From NCBI GenBank assembly GCA_010093605.1, contig MU004195.1, positions 248,001 through 312,000 of the forward strand: 64,000 nt of DNA, given 5' to 3'. The notes beneath the pieces are model-generated. The model made no database searches, was not told where the DNA came from, and worked only from the letters and a program-made list of their open reading frames with translations. This DNA comes from Lophium mytilinum. Lineage: Eukaryota. Below, piece by piece: positions 60,083 through 64,000 of the stretch (position 1 is the first letter of the stretch; every line of letters starts with the position of its first letter). The position numbers were made by a program, and so were the translations under genes.

Positions 60083-60632
60083 TGTGGGTTGGGGTTTGGT
60101 GATTTGGGGGTGGAGGTTGTGGGAGTTTGGGGATATGAGATGGATGAGAGATATTTGTGTTTCTGTAAAAGTTTATAGGGTCTGTGGGAAAATAAGATGA
60201 CGGGGGCTCTCTTTGGATCTCAGGAGGCGTAGGTGTTGGTGATTGACGAATAGAAGCCTATACGATCGAAATCAGGATGAGGAGTTCAGAGCGCTTGTAA
60301 GTGGTTTCGATGTACAATTGCAGAAGCAGGTTGTTGTTTGCTTACGAGGCTCGGGTGATATACATACGACGATCGGTGGTGCCTGTAAGATGACGAAACT
60401 GTGCTGACGCTGCACGTGAATATCACGGGATATTCCAGGGCCAGAGGGAGAAGTCGGTTCATCCTGTGTCAGAGGATCTGCGGATGGATAAAGCATGATG
60501 GATAACGGCCGAAAGATGGAAGAGAACTGATAAGGGGTTAGCAATTATATGCCTATTAGACTTCCCGATGATTTCCCTGGCATACTTGCAAGCTATCGAG
60601 GCTTCTAGGCACTACCGATGTACTACGGTCTT

Positions 60633-61973
60633 TCAAGCTCTCGAGTAATCAATAAAGTCCCTCCCAATCTCAAACGGCAAAGCACCCTGCTCGGCTACTT
60701 CTTTCTCCCATTCCGTCTCCCGCCACGTAAGTCTTACGACAAACCTTCCATTCACCCTTACTTGTCCCAGCGCCTCCAACACCACACGTTTCCAGCCGTC
60801 ACCCTGCTGCTCTCTCCGGTCACCCAGAAGTACCGCTACATCGCGAAGATTCTTCAGCTGTGCAAGCACCGCGCACGCTTTCTGCCAGTCCTCCAAGTCT
60901 TTCCGCGCTTTGGCTTGCGCAGAGCTAACCTGGTAAGGCCGGTGAGCCCGGGCGAGCATGAAGATGAACTGCAACGTGAGGTTACGGATGAGCTGGAAAC
61001 GGTGCGGGAGGATTGTTTTGGGGAAGTCTAGGAGCACATCAAGGTTGCGGAAGTCGAAGGTATTGCTCTTGTAGAGGAGGGGGACTGCTTCGGTGTAACT
61101 ATCGTTCATATTAGCATTGTATCAAACTCATACTTTACTCGAAATTCTGGCGCGTGATGGAAAAGAGATAGGAGAAGTAAGAGAGAGGTAGGGGTAAAAG
61201 CAGCAAGAAACTGAAAGAAAGGGCGTCACGCACATCTGTCTGCACGTCTTCACCAGTGCTAGAATTCTGTTCTTCCGCACCCACCACCTCAGATACCGAT
61301 ACTCTTCATCTTTGTACTGCGCATCGCCCTCTAGTAGCACCCTAGGTGCGTTGAAATACAGCTGTCCGCCATCCGTGACCCAGACAGCACACGCAGAGTG
61401 TGCGTTTCTCACGGATGACGACCCCACCCAGTCGTCTTCCCCCCACTTGCAGCGTTCGTAATCGAGCCGATAGAATACGCCTGGGTCGACTAACGTATAA
61501 CGCGGTGGGCGAGTCAGGCTGGGAACTAGAGATGGAATGATGTGCAGCCTCTGTCCGCCGACGACCAGGGTCCAGATGTGGAGTCGAAGCTCGAGTGGAA
61601 GTTTGGTGAGCAGGGAGCAGGCGCTTTGGGGGCTGGTGTGTTGTTCTGGGCGTTTGGGGTTGATGCCGAGAAATGTGGAGATTGCTCCTTTCTTTGAGTC
61701 TCCTGCTGAAACTGGAATAGACAGAGCACGTGGGCGTGTCTTCGGGAGTGGTGTTGGTACTGGACGGACACCTGGTGGGCCAACGGCGATGGAAGGGCGA
61801 GAGTCCGTGGCACGCCATCTCTTCACAGTCTTGATAGAGTACTTAGACATGTGAGAGATGACATAGTAGGGAAAGGTGATGATGGCTTTAGGGAATTTGA
61901 TGAAGATGGCCTGTGAAACCTGGCGAAGAACAACCGAGCCTATAGGCTCGTTTCGATACTGGATTATCTGCAT
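60633..61973 (-). CDS. Fungal-specific protein with an F-box-like LPLELRLHIW motif (DUF7730-like); intron 61099-61233; start uncertain
   Basis: QSACSLLTKLPLELRLHIW...LVKTCRQIYTEAVPLLYKSNTFDF after splicing. Confidence 0.7.
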
Positions 61974-62611
61974 ACCGAGACGTAAAGCTGTTGGACTGGA
62001 AGTGAGGCTCAATGAAGTTCATATGCTCTCTCCGTGTGGTGATATGTAGTCCCGGAGTTTAGGCAGCAAGTTAACGGGAAGGCTGAGCGCGCGGTTGCTC
62101 CTCTACCCTAGCTATGAAAGTATGACACCGTGAAATGATTAAATATTGTCTATGGTTAGCTTAAGGATAGCTGGTTACTTGGCATAATAGAGGTGGGGTG
62201 AGAGTGCGCATTAGAGGAGGAACGTGGTTCCTGAGTTAAAGTCGGAGTGAATATCGTACTAGTCCTAAGCGAGAAGATCTAATCCCAATCGGGAGGTGGA
62301 TCACGTGATACAATAGCATTTAGCTCCCTGACGAGGACTTCTGTTTCGGACACTTCTGTTTTTGGAACTCAGTAGTAAAGTGGAAGGCGAGTGCTGTGAA
62401 CGACCAACAAGTCACGGCGTAAGATACTGGCAATAATAATTGATTTTGGATATTTTATTTCTATTTCATTACAAACTCTTAACAAGAACCCAAAGAGGTA
62501 ATATATACAGTGTTTACGACAACTCTGCATGCCTCTTGGACATACACACTACTCTATCTTCTCTCTTCCTCCCCTGATCTCTCCTTTCTTGGTGTTCTAC
62601 ATCCCACAGAA

Positions 62612-64000
62612 CTAGTCATCCTCCTCCTCCTCAGCCGCCTTGATCGCGAGAGTGTACCTCTCGTTGCCATGTTTGTCTTTACCGTGCTCAAGAGCAAGCT
62701 TGCTGAGGGCAGCAATCATGTTCTCAATGCCCGCGTCCTTGTGGCTGCGGTTCTTGCGGCCCAAGTTGTCGAGCCAGGCGATGCGGTTAAGGAGATAGTA
62801 GACGATGGCAATAACGATGGTGACACCGATGGAGTAGCCCCAGATGACAACGATGGTGACGATGTCAGTCCAGCCGTCCTCGCGTTGATGCCAATGGTCG
62901 CGGGGATGGGTGGCGTGCGGGACACCGCCGGAGAGCCAGCCGAAAGCGCAGAAGACGGTAGCGAGAGCATCAACACCGAGGATGGCGCCGACTAGCTGCC
63001 ACGAGGGCCAGGTCTTGCCACCACGGGTAACGAAGATGAGCCAGTTCTCAGTAAGCGAAACTTCGAGGAAGAGGATTTCCTGGACGGAGCCGAAGTTCTG
63101 GACAACACCACCGTTGGGCAGGTACATGGAGCCACGAATAACCCAGGTGCCAAGCGCTAGGAGTACACCGAGAATAACGGAGATGATCCAAATTTTTGGT
63201 AGTTGCCATTCGACGGGGCGTTCTTCCGAGTATGCGTTATCGTAGGCGACGGCGACAGTTGCCAAATCAGCGAAGAGGGCAATGAAGACGATCAGCTCGA
63301 CACGGATTGTCTCGTTGATGATAAGCATGGAAGTGACGAGGTAGATTTCCAAGTGCAGGCAAAGCGCGATACGGTATTGAATGTACGCCTTCATGCGCTG
63401 GAAAATCTGGCGGGCAGTCTTAATGGCAAGAACAATAGTGCTGAGACCGGGGGCGAGGAAGACGATATCGGCGGCGGCTTGAGCGGCTTCGGAGGCACCT
63501 TCGACGGCAATACCACAATCGGCCTTCTTGAGGGAGGGAGCATCGTTGACACCGTCACCAGTCATGGCAGTAAGATGGCCTCTCTGTTGAAGCATTTCGA
63601 CGACCTGGTACTTGTGTTCAGGGAAAACTTCGGCGAAACCGTCGGCACGTTCAACTAAGTCGTGTTGAGTAGTTCCGGAGAGACCACCGTGAATGAGCTT
63701 TTGAGAGTTGTAGACCTTGGTACCGAGGGCAAGCATCTTGCAAGTTTCCTTAGCAATAGCAATGGCGTCACCAGTAAGCATCTTGACGGGAACACCGAGC
63801 TGCTGGGCTTCGATGATGGTCTGCGCGGTATCCTCACGAGGGGGGTCGAACATGGAGAGCAAGCCGAGGAGGATCCAGTCACCGTCGTTCTTCTGGTAAG
63901 CAACACCGAGAGATCGGAAGCCACGGCGAGCGAATTCGGTAGCCTTGTTCTTGAACAGATCGGAAGTCTCTTTGTCGCAGTTGGAAAGGTTGAGAATGGC
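62612..64000 (-). CDS. PMA1: Plasma-membrane P3A-type H+-ATPase, 3' part (continues beyond window)
   Basis: RGFRSLGVA, DPPREDT, VKMLTGD, FAEVFPEHK, AMTGDGVNDAPSLKKAD, TENWLIFVTR; paralog identity not resolvable. Confidence 0.93.
   Translation of the reverse strand, partial: AILNLSNCDKETSDLFKNKATEFARRGFRSLGVAYQKNDGDWILLGLLSMFDPPREDTAQTIIEAQQLGVPVKMLTGDAIAIAKETCKMLALGTKVYNSQKLIHGGLSGTTQHDLVERADGFAEVFPEHKYQVVEMLQQRGHLTAMTGDGVNDAPSLKKADCGIAVEGASEAAQAAADIVFLAPGLSTIVLAIKTARQIFQRMKAYIQYRIALCLHLEIYLVTSMLIINETIRVELIVFIALFADLATVAVAYDNAYSEERPVEWQLPKIWIISVILGVLLALGTWVIRGSMYLPNGGVVQNFGSVQEILFLEVSLTENWLIFVTRGGKTWPSWQLVGAILGVDALATVFCAFGWLSGGVPHATHPRDHWHQREDGWTDIVTIVVIWGYSIGVTIVIAIVYYLLNRIAWLDNLGRKNRSHKDAGIENMIAALSKLALEHGKDKHGNERYTLAIKAAEEEEDD

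Noticed and set aside
59366..60178. 270-aa plus-strand ORF and similar Pro/His/Arg-rich ORFs (17945-18559, 41458-42162)
   Set aside because: Antisense or off-frame shadows caused by codon bias of real genes

Overview
Eukaryotic DNA from a filamentous ascomycete (Pezizomycotina; Dothideomycete-like is my inference), with short GT-AG introns and CTAAC-type branch sites. About 27 protein-coding loci or relics. Conserved genes: HEM13, TRM9, mitochondrial LeuRS (NAM2), CYC2-like, AIM32-like, CWH8/CAX4, ITT1/RNF14-type RBR ligase, a partial PMA1-type H+-ATPase and four transporters. Accessory material: a USP-like protease, a sulfatase-fold membrane protein, a VOC protein, a HET pseudogene with two nonsense codons, a frame-broken AveC/DUF5135-like gene, an ankyrin protein, gene relics and orphan low-complexity genes at 50-59 kb. 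The most notable non-genic structures are (1) a ~1 kb degenerate 161/97-bp satellite with apparent 740-bp higher-order organisation at ~5350-6350, and (2) an intergenic, hairpin-rich element at ~40104-40367 with Pol III A/B-box motifs, a tRNA-like acceptor/T-arm minihelix and oligo-T terminators, but no full tRNA cloverleaf. All family calls come from motif recognition by eye; no database searches were run. I found no convincing multi-gene novel system.
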